Assembly: GCA_025451045.1 (NCBI GenBank)
Contig: JANWLD010000001.1
Span: 197,812-261,811 of the forward strand
Reading direction: 5' to 3'
From: Candidatus Saccharimonadales bacterium
GTDB lineage: Bacteria > Patescibacteriota > Saccharimonadia > Saccharimonadales > 2-12-FULL-41-12
DNA length: 64,000 nucleotides
This document shows positions 54,398 to 62,842 of the stretch, piece by piece. A program made the position numbers and the translations under genes. A model generated the notes under the pieces. It searched no databases. It saw nothing but the letters and a program-made list of their open reading frames with translations, and was not told the origin of the DNA. Within the stretch, counting starts at the first letter, position 1. Each line of letters opens with the position of its first letter.

Positions 54398-55918
54398 CTA
54401 TATATCGTGAATAATCTCGATTTTGGCACCAAGTTTGTTTAAGCGCTCAGCCAGATATTCGTAGCCGCGATTAATAGAGTAGACATTTCGCAGAATTGAA
54501 ACGCCATCAGCCGCCAGCATGCCGATTAAAAGCAGCACCGCCGGCCGCAGGGCTGGTGGACAGATTATATCGTCAACATGCCATTTAGTCGGCCCGTCGA
54601 TATAAGCTCGGTGCGGGTCAGCTAAGGTTATATTAACGCCGAGTTTGCGAAGCTCGGTATAATAAAGCGCCCGTTCTTCATAAACCCAGTCGTGGATTAA
54701 CGTACGTCCTTTGGCTACGGCGGCAATCGGCACGAAGTAGGGTAGGTTATCAATATTCAGCCCCGGATAAGGTCTTCCGTAAATCTTTTCATCCAGAGCT
54801 TTTAGCTCACCATTATGCTTATGGACCGTGATGTCAGCCAGCAGGCTGTGGCCATTGTTGGCTTTATAGTGCTTGCTGATGTCAACTTTCAAGCCCATTT
54901 TTTCCATTTTTAAAAGCTCAAGCTCCAAAAACTCAATTGGCGCTCGTTTGACAGTCAGCTCTGAGTTGGTAGCCACCGCGGCGGCAACGAAAGTCATTGA
55001 TTCTATCGGATCCTCCGTAGGGTAGTAAGTTATGTTGCGGCGAGCTTCTTTTACCCCGCGGATTTTAAGCGTGCTGGTACCGATACCTTCGATTTTTACC
55101 CCAAGTTTTTTGAGGAAGAAACACAAGTCTTGGACCTGATAATTGGCGCTGGCCATCTTGATTATTACTTCTTTTTCCTGATAAGCTGCGGCCATAATGG
55201 CATTTTCAGTCGTAGTGTCGCCGGATTCGTACATGATGACGTATTCAGGCTGTTTTTTCTTTACGGTTACGTGATAATTTCCAGATTTGGTCAGTACCTC
55301 GACACCAAATTCCTCCAATGCGTAAAGATGTGGTTGCACGGTTCTCTTGCCTAGTTTGCATCCGCCGGCATAGGGGATGTTGAATTCTTTGAACAGATGC
55401 ATTAGCGGACCAAGCATCATGATTACACTGCGCGTACGCCGTGCCGCGTTCTTGTCCATCTTGTCCAGCTGAAGTTTTTCTGGCGGCCGGATTTCGAGGT
55501 CGTTGCCGCCCATCCAGCGAACCTTCACCCCAATGCTGATAAGTACTTCAATCAGCCGGTTAACTTCTTCAATCCTCGGCATTTTCTTAAGCCTTGTAGT
55601 GCCTTTATTTAGCAAAGAAGCAAAAAGCAGACATACCGCTGAGTTTTTCGCTACGCGTGTTTCGATTGATCCGGACAGTTCGTGTCCGCCTTCAATTCTC
55701 AGGTTTACCGCATCACCGCCAAGACTGATTATTTGCTTGTTAAGTACATCGCTGATACGACCCAGAGTATCCAAGCTCAAGTTCTGCCGGCCTTTTTCAA
55801 TACGGTTTATTGCACTCTGTGAGGTGCCAAGCCTGCGGGCAAACTCGGCTTGCGTTAAACCTCTTTCTTGTCTGATTTGGTAAATTAATTGCCCGATTTT
55901 CTCGTTAGTATTGGCCAT
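54398..55918 (-). CDS. murA: XRE-family HTH domain fused to UDP-N-acetylglucosamine 1-carboxyvinyltransferase (MurA)
   Basis: Residues 1-65 are a Cro/C1 HTH (RGLTQAEFARRLGTSQSAINRIEKGRQN). The remainder has the MurA fold with VAKNSAV, AGGCKLGKRT, NIDNLPYF and YSINRGYEYLAERL. Confidence 0.85.
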   Translation of the reverse strand: MANTNEKIGQLIYQIRQERGLTQAEFARRLGTSQSAINRIEKGRQNLSLDTLGRISDVLNKQIISLGGDAVNLRIEGGHELSGSIETRVAKNSAVCLLFASLLNKGTTRLKKMPRIEEVNRLIEVLISIGVKVRWMGGNDLEIRPPEKLQLDKMDKNAARRTRSVIMMLGPLMHLFKEFNIPYAGGCKLGKRTVQPHLYALEEFGVEVLTKSGNYHVTVKKKQPEYVIMYESGDTTTENAIMAAAYQEKEVIIKMASANYQVQDLCFFLKKLGVKIEGIGTSTLKIRGVKEARRNITYYPTEDPIESMTFVAAAVATNSELTVKRAPIEFLELELLKMEKMGLKVDISKHYKANNGHSLLADITVHKHNGELKALDEKIYGRPYPGLNIDNLPYFVPIAAVAKGRTLIHDWVYEERALYYTELRKLGVNITLADPHRAYIDGPTKWHVDDIICPPALRPAVLLLIGMLAADGVSILRNVYSINRGYEYLAERLNKLGAKIEIIHDI

Positions 55919-56095
55919 ACTGCAATAAAAATATCATAAAAGGTGTCAAAACGAAAGAGAGGAATTTGTAAAACAAACCTAGAATATTACAGAAAATTGG
56001 GAAAGCCGCCCGGGTATAGTTATAATGAAAACCATGATATAGCTGCGTTAACCACTTTGTATTTTTATCAAGTGAACGTAGTTAGGAGTAGATTT

Positions 56096-57361
56096 ATGAA
56101 AGATAAGAAAATTGCCGAATTGATTTTGGCAGAACGAAAACGTCAATCGGAAGGCTTGGAGATGATTCCAAGTGAAAACCATGCCTCAAAGGATGTTTTA
56201 ACGGCTCTGGGAAGCGTGCTAACGGATAAATACTCCGAAGGCTATCCCGGTATGCGCTACTACGGCGGCTGTGAAGTCGTTGACCAGGTTGAAAATCTGG
56301 CGCGGGACAGGGCAAAGAAGCTGTTTGGCGTCAATCATGCCAATGTGCAAGGCTATTCCGGTTCGCCGGCCAACCAAGCTGTTTATTACGCCCTACTTAA
56401 TCCGGGTGACAAGGTCATGGGTCTCAAGCTTTATTTCGGCGGGCACATGACGCATGGTTTGAAAGTCAACTTCTCCGGTACTATCTACGACTCCGTACAG
56501 TATGAAACCGGCAAAGACGGCTATTTGGATTATGACGCGATGATGAAACAAGCCAAATTTGAGCAGCCAAAGATGATAGTCGTCGGCGCGACGGCTTATC
56601 CGCGGATTTATGACTGGAAAAAATTGCGCAAAATCGCCGATGAAGTAAATGCTTGGCTGCTGGCTGATATATCGCACATCGCCGGCTTGGTCGTGGGAGG
56701 CGTTCATCCGTCACCGGCGGGGATAGCCGATGTTATTATGACCACCACCCACAAGACACTACGCGGTCCAAGAGGCGCGCTAATTTTGTGTAATGGCAAT
56801 CCTTCCACTCCGCTGAAAAAAGCTGAAAGGACCAAGGAAAATCTACCAACCTTGATTGACCGGGCGATAATTCCCGGCCTTCAGGGCGGCCCGCATAACC
56901 ACCAGACGGCGGCTATTGCCGTGGCGTTGGGCGAAGCTTCTCAGCCAGATTTTAAGACGTACGCCGCCCAAATTGTGAGAAACGCTAAGAAACTAGCTTC
57001 AGAACTGTCAGATCGCGGCTACAACTTAGTAACTGGCGGCACGGATAACCATTTGTTGCTGATTGACCTAACCAACAAAAAAGTGACCGGCAAGGAAGCC
57101 GAAGACGCATTAGGCAATGCTGGAATTACTGTTAATAAAAATACCGTGCCATTTGACCCGCGGCCGCCGTTCAGCCCTAGCGGCATTCGTTTGGGCACGC
57201 CGGCTTTGACTAGCCGCGGACTGAAGGAAGATCATATGGTACAAGTAGCGCAGTGGATAGACGAAGCCATAACCAACAGGAATAACACTGAAAAGCTTGG
57301 CGAGTTAGGAAAACAGATTAAAAAGTTCGCAAGCAGTTTTCCACTACCCAGCGATAGATAG
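56096..57361 (+). CDS. glyA: serine hydroxymethyltransferase
   Basis: LEMIPSENHAS and TTTHKTLRGPRG (PLP Lys). ATG at 56096 with AGGAG 8 nt upstream; the track start 55943 lies in the promoter region. Confidence 0.96.
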   Translation: MKDKKIAELILAERKRQSEGLEMIPSENHASKDVLTALGSVLTDKYSEGYPGMRYYGGCEVVDQVENLARDRAKKLFGVNHANVQGYSGSPANQAVYYALLNPGDKVMGLKLYFGGHMTHGLKVNFSGTIYDSVQYETGKDGYLDYDAMMKQAKFEQPKMIVVGATAYPRIYDWKKLRKIADEVNAWLLADISHIAGLVVGGVHPSPAGIADVIMTTTHKTLRGPRGALILCNGNPSTPLKKAERTKENLPTLIDRAIIPGLQGGPHNHQTAAIAVALGEASQPDFKTYAAQIVRNAKKLASELSDRGYNLVTGGTDNHLLLIDLTNKKVTGKEAEDALGNAGITVNKNTVPFDPRPPFSPSGIRLGTPALTSRGLKEDHMVQVAQWIDEAITNRNNTEKLGELGKQIKKFASSFPLPSDR

Positions 57362-57475
57362 AATTAAAAAATATTATTTTCCGCTTGCGTTTTTATATGC
57401 ATGGGTATATAAATTAGCTTTAGAGTAACGATTTAAGATAAAAACCCATCGTTGCAAATAAACAGGGAAATAAAA

Positions 57476-57961
57476 ATGGGCGCATACAAATCCCCAATTC
57501 CAACCTTTAGAGCCGACCGGTTCGAGTTAGGAAGTCGCCGCGCGATGATGGAAACGCTATTGCCCATGCATCACAATCGGATGCCGTCGGAAGACCAGAA
57601 GGACCGAGCTCTATGGGCGGTTGAAGGACTACTGATTCCCGGGCGCGAAGACACACGAAGATTGCTTGCGATAAATATTGATGATGTAGATATTCCTGAT
57701 CCGGTCGATCCGGAAGAGACGATAACCATTGAAGGGGAAGACATCGCCGGTATGCTGGCCTCGGCCCGCTATGGTCGCATTACGGCAGAATTTCCAGACT
57801 TGGAAAGCTTGGATGACAACGTAGTTCGCATCGTACTACCCCAAGAAGCAAAACTGCCCCTATATGCGGCAGGTGTTGAAAAGATGCAAGAGACTTTTGC
57901 ATCTATTGGCGGCGTGGCCAGCTTAGGTGCTGAAGCTGTACCAATGCCGGCCGCGGCTTAG
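57476..57961 (+). CDS. hypothetical acidic protein, 161 aa
   Basis: ATG with an AGGGA-type SD. No TM and no recognisable domain. Its 3' end overlaps the convergent murB by 4 nt. Confidence 0.55.
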   Translation: MGAYKSPIPTFRADRFELGSRRAMMETLLPMHHNRMPSEDQKDRALWAVEGLLIPGREDTRRLLAINIDDVDIPDPVDPEETITIEGEDIAGMLASARYGRITAEFPDLESLDDNVVRIVLPQEAKLPLYAAGVEKMQETFASIGGVASLGAEAVPMPAAA

Positions 57962-58989
57962 ATTAATTCCGGTTCTTGCTTGAGCGTAACACCGAACTTT
58001 TGTTCGGCTTTTTTGATTATTGCGTCGCGAAAGGCTAATAATGACATGGTATTCGGCGCTTTTTCATTAACAAATACCAGAGAGTGCTTATCCCAGATGG
58101 CCATACCGGTATTTGGCTCGTGGTAGCCTTTCAGCCCCATTTGTTCCAGCATCCAGGCGGCAGAAAGCTTAACGTTGCTGCCATCAACGTCCCAATGCGG
58201 CAAACCGGGATATTTATCTACCAATTCCTGCAACCTAGCATTGTCTACTATCGGGTTAGCAAAGAATGAACCGCAGTTTGCTACTTTGCCCGGGTCAGGC
58301 AACTTGCTGTTTCGTATATCAATCACCGCTTTGCGGATAACTGCTGGCGTATAAGCTGTTATCTTGTGCTCGCTCAGATAAGCTTGAAGCGTCCCGTAAA
58401 ACGGCGGCATTGGCGGGTTTTTAGTTACTGCAAGAGTTATTGAAGTTATCAAAAACCGGCCCTTGTCCTGACTGTTAAAGCGGCTCTTGCGGTAGGAAAA
58501 ACCGCACTCTATCTTTGGAATGACCTTCATCTGTTTTTCAATAGTGTCATAGGCTTCGACACAGACCAGCGTGTCAGCAATTTCCTTGCCATAAGCCCCG
58601 ACATTCTGCACCGGCGTAGCTCCGGTCGTACCGGGGATCAAAGACAATTGTTCGACGCCAGATAAACCTGCCTCAACTATCCGGGCAACCGCGCTATCCC
58701 AATTTTCACCAGCCCCGATATTGATAAATGACTCGAACTCCTGCTCCTGGATTTCAAATCCCATTATCTTATTGACCAGCACCAGTCCGTCGAAACCTTG
58801 GTCGTTCCAGATTATATTACTGCCGTCGCCAATCATAATAATCTTGCACTTCTGTTCATCAGCCCACTCAAGAGCAGGCCTTATCTGTTCCGACTTGGTT
58901 ATTTCCAACAAATATTTGGCCGGGCCACCCAGCCGCATAGTCGAATGTTGGCTTAACGGCACGTTCTGTAAGGGGCTAACGGGCTCCAT
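57958..58989 (-). CDS. murB: UDP-N-acetylenolpyruvoylglucosamine reductase MurB
   Basis: FAD-binding domain (MRLGGPAKYLLE, MIGDGSNIIW), MurB C-terminal domain (SAAWMLEQMGLKG). ATG at 58989; the track start 59007 uses a non-standard codon. Confidence 0.92.
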   Translation of the reverse strand: MEPVSPLQNVPLSQHSTMRLGGPAKYLLEITKSEQIRPALEWADEQKCKIIMIGDGSNIIWNDQGFDGLVLVNKIMGFEIQEQEFESFINIGAGENWDSAVARIVEAGLSGVEQLSLIPGTTGATPVQNVGAYGKEIADTLVCVEAYDTIEKQMKVIPKIECGFSYRKSRFNSQDKGRFLITSITLAVTKNPPMPPFYGTLQAYLSEHKITAYTPAVIRKAVIDIRNSKLPDPGKVANCGSFFANPIVDNARLQELVDKYPGLPHWDVDGSNVKLSAAWMLEQMGLKGYHEPNTGMAIWDKHSLVFVNEKAPNTMSLLAFRDAIIKKAEQKFGVTLKQEPELI

Positions 58990-59063
58990 AACACTTAAGT
59001 ATATCAATAGTGTGCATCATAAACCTGCTTGCATCGAAAAAAACATAGGAGTAACATAAAATC

Positions 59064-59609
59064 ATGGCAAAAAACAAAGATGAGCCGTATAAGGCTCTCG
59101 GCGCAAAAATCAAACACTTAAGAAAACAATGGCACCAAAGCTTAGGTGAAGTTTCCGGCACTCTTGAAATAGACGAGAAAATTCTAAAAGAAATCGAATC
59201 TGGCAAGACTTTGCCGCCGGAAAATATCATGAATATGCTTATCAACCATTTTTTGCTTACTGATGACCAGGCGGATGAACTTAGAGGCCTTGCAACGATT
59301 CAGCGCGAACAAGCGACAGAAGCACTGGTTAACGGTCTTGAAGATATGATAATGAAACAGATAGTTATGTATCTGCCGGTTGAAAACAAGGTCGTTTATA
59401 CAGACAGTATGAACGCTATTGTTAACAAGCATGGCGTGGTACTTCAGTTTCTGCAAAATTCAGCGGACAACGGCTCCAAACCTATTACCGTTAGCCAAGT
59501 TGGTATGAGCCGAGAGCACGCCGAAAAAGTCATAGAAGTACTGACCAAAACGCTCAAAGAACACGATCAAAATCAGAAGCAAAAACTTCTGCCCGATAAA
59601 ACAAATTAG
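59064..59609 (+). CDS. XRE-like HTH domain protein, 181 aa
   Basis: LGAKIKHLRKQWHQSLGEVSGTLEIDEKILKEIESGKTLP resembles a Cro/C1 HTH; the C-terminal part is unknown. Divergent from murB. Confidence 0.65.
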   Translation: MAKNKDEPYKALGAKIKHLRKQWHQSLGEVSGTLEIDEKILKEIESGKTLPPENIMNMLINHFLLTDDQADELRGLATIQREQATEALVNGLEDMIMKQIVMYLPVENKVVYTDSMNAIVNKHGVVLQFLQNSADNGSKPITVSQVGMSREHAEKVIEVLTKTLKEHDQNQKQKLLPDKTN

Positions 59610-59665
59610 AGGTGTAAAAATAGTTAAAACAGGGTATAATCCAATCTGTTAATTCTTTTAAGTTT

Positions 59666-59742
59666 GCCCGCGTAGCTCAGCGGATTAGAGCACTGGTCTT
59701 CGGAACCAGGTGTCGGCGGTTCGAATCCGTCCGCGGGTACCA
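59666..59742 (+). tRNA. tRNA-Arg (TCG)
   Basis: Acceptor GCCCGCG/CGCGGGT, anticodon arm CTGGT-CTTCGGA-ACCAG, T arm GGCGG-TTCGAAT-CCGTC, discriminator A, CCA. Confidence 0.93.
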
Positions 59743-59822
59743 CTAACACTTTATTATTATCTAGATTTAATTTGTAAACAATAATACTATTAAATAGATA
59801 ACAAACATAAGCGGACAATCAT

Positions 59823-60323
59823 ATGGAAAACCAAACAATTACACCAAGCCAAAACAGCCAAACCCAACCGGCACCTCAGCCTTCATTATCAAATACTCCG
59901 CCAGAACTACCAGCAAATCCTATCCCAGCTCCTGTAGCGGATTGGAGCACGGGATCCCAGCCCTCAAATGGAAATTTTGGCCGCTTATCTTTACTGTTCA
60001 GCTCGCTTGCGGTCGGAATCTTCATCTTACTTATCTTTGCCACCGGTCTTGTTGACTCGCTATCCAAAGCCTATATATGGTTTTTTATCATTTTAGCTTT
60101 AGGCATTGCCGGGCTGGTACTGGGGTTAATCTCGGAAAAAGGCAAAGACAAGATCAATTTGCTTGGCTTGGTAGGGATAGTTGTTTCAATAATAGTTTGT
60201 ATCAATTGTTTAATCATCGGCTCATATTACATAAAGCTTCAAATGACTCTAAATAGTTTTAAATCCCAATATAACACTTCTAGTTCCTCTGGTGCCTTAG
60301 AGTCGACTTACAGCACACAGTAA
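59823..60323 (+). CDS. membrane protein with Pro/Gln-rich N-terminus
   Basis: 166 aa; about 55 aa of P/Q/S-rich sequence followed by 3 TM helices. Confidence 0.6.
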   Translation: MENQTITPSQNSQTQPAPQPSLSNTPPELPANPIPAPVADWSTGSQPSNGNFGRLSLLFSSLAVGIFILLIFATGLVDSLSKAYIWFFIILALGIAGLVLGLISEKGKDKINLLGLVGIVVSIIVCINCLIIGSYYIKLQMTLNSFKSQYNTSSSSGALESTYSTQ

Positions 60324-60364
60324 ATTAAACTGAGTTATATTGTACTGGCGAAGAAATCTTTAAA

Positions 60365-61588
60365 ATGAAGACATTTACTCAAGTAAATCGTGCCGTTGAT
60401 AATTTTGTCGTCGCTTTAGACAGGTCTGCCAGTTATTCTTTGGATAGAATCAAAGATTTGATGGATGAACTGGGGAACCCGCAGGATAACTTTAAGACGG
60501 TTCATATTGCCGGCACTAGCGGCAAGACTTCAACGGCGTATTATGTAGCGGCTATGCTGGAAACTGCCGGGTACAGAACAGGCCTAAGCGTCTCGCCTTA
60601 CGTCGAAGAAGTAAATGAAAGGGTCCAAATAGGCACCAAACCCCTGTCGGAGCCTATTTTTTGCCAGCAGTTCAGCGAATTCTTCAAAATAGTTAAACGC
60701 CTCAGTATTAAACCGACTTATTTTGAACTGTTCGTTGCTTTCGCTTATTGGTATTTTGCCAAAATAAAAGTCGATTACGCAGTAATCGAAGTTGGTTTGG
60801 GCGGCCTGCTGGACGGCACGAATGTAATAGAGCGGCCGGATAAAATATGTGTCATCACTGATATCGGTGTTGACCATACCCATATTTTAGGTAGTACCAT
60901 TAGTGAAATTACCCGGCAAAAAGCCGGTATTATTAAGAACCACAACCCGGTGTTTATGTACCACCAAAATGAAGAGGTGGAACAAGAGATATTCAAGCAA
61001 GCTTTTAGCGAACACGCAGCCGTACATTACGTTAAGCCGCCCAAGCTTTCCGGGTTTGTGCGCCGAAACTGGAATTTAGCAAAAAATGTCTGCGAGTATA
61101 TTTTTAGCAAAGACGAGCGCAAAAATTTGACCGAAGCACAATGGGAAAAAATCGCAGAGATAACCATACCCGGCCGGCTTGAAATATTGAAATTCAAAGG
61201 CAAAACTATTGTCTTGGACGGGGCGCATAATTCACAAAAGATAAGTTCACTAGCTGAAAGTTTCAAAAAGAAATATATAGGCGCAAAGGTCGCAATACTT
61301 TTTGCAATTGGTGAAAATAAAAGCGAGCATCTGCAAGCCATGGCCGATGAGCTTAACAACTTGTCTGATTTTGTAATCGCAACTAATTTTTATAAGGATT
61401 CACAGGTTGAGAAATCATCTGTTGAGCCAGAAATAATCGCTCGGTATTTTGATAAGCAAAAACTATTGATAGAACCGGACCTTAAAAAAGCCGCACAGGC
61501 TTTGCTTAAAAGAAAAGAAGACGTGCTTTTGGTAACCGGTTCACTTTATCTGGTCGGCGCTGTCAAAAAGATACTTAAACAACGTTGA
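60365..61588 (+). CDS. folC: folylpolyglutamate synthase / dihydrofolate synthase (Mur ligase family)
   Basis: P-loop VHIAGTSGKTST, EVGLGGLLDGTN, DGAHN. Confidence 0.9.
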   Translation: MKTFTQVNRAVDNFVVALDRSASYSLDRIKDLMDELGNPQDNFKTVHIAGTSGKTSTAYYVAAMLETAGYRTGLSVSPYVEEVNERVQIGTKPLSEPIFCQQFSEFFKIVKRLSIKPTYFELFVAFAYWYFAKIKVDYAVIEVGLGGLLDGTNVIERPDKICVITDIGVDHTHILGSTISEITRQKAGIIKNHNPVFMYHQNEEVEQEIFKQAFSEHAAVHYVKPPKLSGFVRRNWNLAKNVCEYIFSKDERKNLTEAQWEKIAEITIPGRLEILKFKGKTIVLDGAHNSQKISSLAESFKKKYIGAKVAILFAIGENKSEHLQAMADELNNLSDFVIATNFYKDSQVEKSSVEPEIIARYFDKQKLLIEPDLKKAAQALLKRKEDVLLVTGSLYLVGAVKKILKQR

Positions 61589-62078
61589 TTATTTCCTTTT
61601 CGGTAATAATAGTTTGAATTTTTCGGTCGTGTGGTTCGTCAGGGATTTTGTCAATCTCCGAAAAGCTATAAGCTAGCCCGATAGTCTGTTTGCATCTGTT
61701 TTTTGCTAGAAACTTATCGTAATATCCACCGCCATAACCAAGCCGGTAACCGCGCCGGTCGAAGCCGACGACAGGTAATATTACCAAATCATAGACGTTT
61801 CCTTCGGGTATTGTTGGCATCGCTTTTTTCGGGGCTATTTCAATCTGAATATTGGGATAATTCTCTCTAAGAAAACCTATTAGTTTTTTAGTATCAACTT
61901 CATTATGTTCCTTGATTGGCAGATAGATATGGAGTTTATCGATTTCCTGCCAACTTATATATTTACTTAACGTGTTAAGTATTTTTTCCGAATATTTATC
62001 AACTTCTATCGTACTAAGCTTGAGTTTCTTCTCCATCAAGCTTTTCCTTAACATTTTTTTCTCATCAAAGGCTGTCAT
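61575..62078 (-). CDS. 5-formyltetrahydrofolate cyclo-ligase
   Basis: LPVVGFDRRGYRLGYGGGYYDKFL motif; 167 aa; overlaps the folC 3' end by 14 nt (convergent). Confidence 0.88.
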   Translation of the reverse strand: MTAFDEKKMLRKSLMEKKLKLSTIEVDKYSEKILNTLSKYISWQEIDKLHIYLPIKEHNEVDTKKLIGFLRENYPNIQIEIAPKKAMPTIPEGNVYDLVILPVVGFDRRGYRLGYGGGYYDKFLAKNRCKQTIGLAYSFSEIDKIPDEPHDRKIQTIITEKEIINVV

Positions 62079-62088
62079 ACAAAATGCT

Positions 62089-62165
62089 TGGAGGGCCAGG
62101 AGGGACTCGAACCCTCGACACCCTGCTTAAGAGGCAGGTGCTCTAACCAGCTGAGCTACTGGCCC
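62089..62165 (-). tRNA. tRNA-Lys (CTT)
   Basis: Acceptor GGGCCAG/CTGGCCC, anticodon arm CCTGC-CTCTTAA-GCAGG, T arm GAGGG-TTCGAGT-CCCTC, CCA. Confidence 0.95.
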
Positions 62166-62189
62166 ATAAAGCCAATGTCTTGGCTTTAT
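62166..62189 (-). other. perfect hairpin abutting the 5' end of tRNA-Lys(CTT), downstream of folA
   Basis: ATAAAGCCAA-tgtc-TTGGCTTTAT, a 10-bp stem. Could be a terminator or a processing element. Confidence 0.4.
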
Positions 62190-62277
62190 GTAGCCACGAA
62201 CGAAGTGTCATTCGTGATAAACAGTATAGGCTTACATGCGCCAACCACAAATACTTGAACTTGCATAGCATAGCAAA

Positions 62278-62751
62278 TCACTTCTTACGTTTCCAGTTTT
62301 CGTAGTGAAATGTGGTGCCGTTTTCGGTCATCGGCTCAGACTTGCTGACTAGCTCGAAGTCCTTTTCATATGGCGGGAAGAATTTGGTGCAGTTGAAGTC
62401 CGCATGGACCAATGTAAAGACCAGCTCATCGGCAAACTGCAAAGTGGAAGTAAACAGTCCCGCGCCGCCGATGTTATTGATAATTTCACCTTCATGCTCT
62501 TTTAAAAAAGCCGGAATATCAATCACCAGCTCAAAGCCGGGCTTTAGCTTCTTATTGCTGCGGCTGGTTACGTAATTAGGCGTCTGGTGCATCGGTTTCT
62601 TGAATTCTAGATATGTAGCGTAACCCATCAAAATAACCCCGTTTTTTGTTTGGTCGACAAAGTATTTCCTATCGGTCGGTAAGTCCCACGGAATGCCTCC
62701 ATCATCAGCTATTCCGCGTTTTTCATCAATTGCGGCCACGAAACGTATCAT
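62278..62751 (-). CDS. folA: dihydrofolate reductase family protein
   Basis: MIRFVAAIDEKRGIADDGGIPWDLPTDRKYF...ILMGYATY pattern. ATG at 62751 (the track CTG start at 62787 is unlikely). Confidence 0.8.
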   Translation of the reverse strand: MIRFVAAIDEKRGIADDGGIPWDLPTDRKYFVDQTKNGVILMGYATYLEFKKPMHQTPNYVTSRSNKKLKPGFELVIDIPAFLKEHEGEIINNIGGAGLFTSTLQFADELVFTLVHADFNCTKFFPPYEKDFELVSKSEPMTENGTTFHYENWKRKK

Positions 62752-62806
62752 AAAACCAGCATAGACCAACGCTGCATATACCTGCAAGAAACATAATGCT
62801 TATGTC

Positions 62807-62835
62807 TTGATTTATTATAAAAAATAGTATATAAT
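62807..62835 (+). promoter_or_regulatory. sigma70-type promoter positioned for a leaderless transcript
   Basis: TTGATT (62807-62812), 17-nt spacer, TATAAT (62830-62835), then 7 nt to the ATG at 62843. No SD. Confidence 0.55.
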
Positions 62836-62842
62836 TAAAATT

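Noticed and set aside
55943-56095. 51-codon upstream extension of glyA (track start 55943)
   Set aside because: It lies in the divergent promoter region. The SHMT homology begins at the ATG at 56096, which has a good AGGAG SD.
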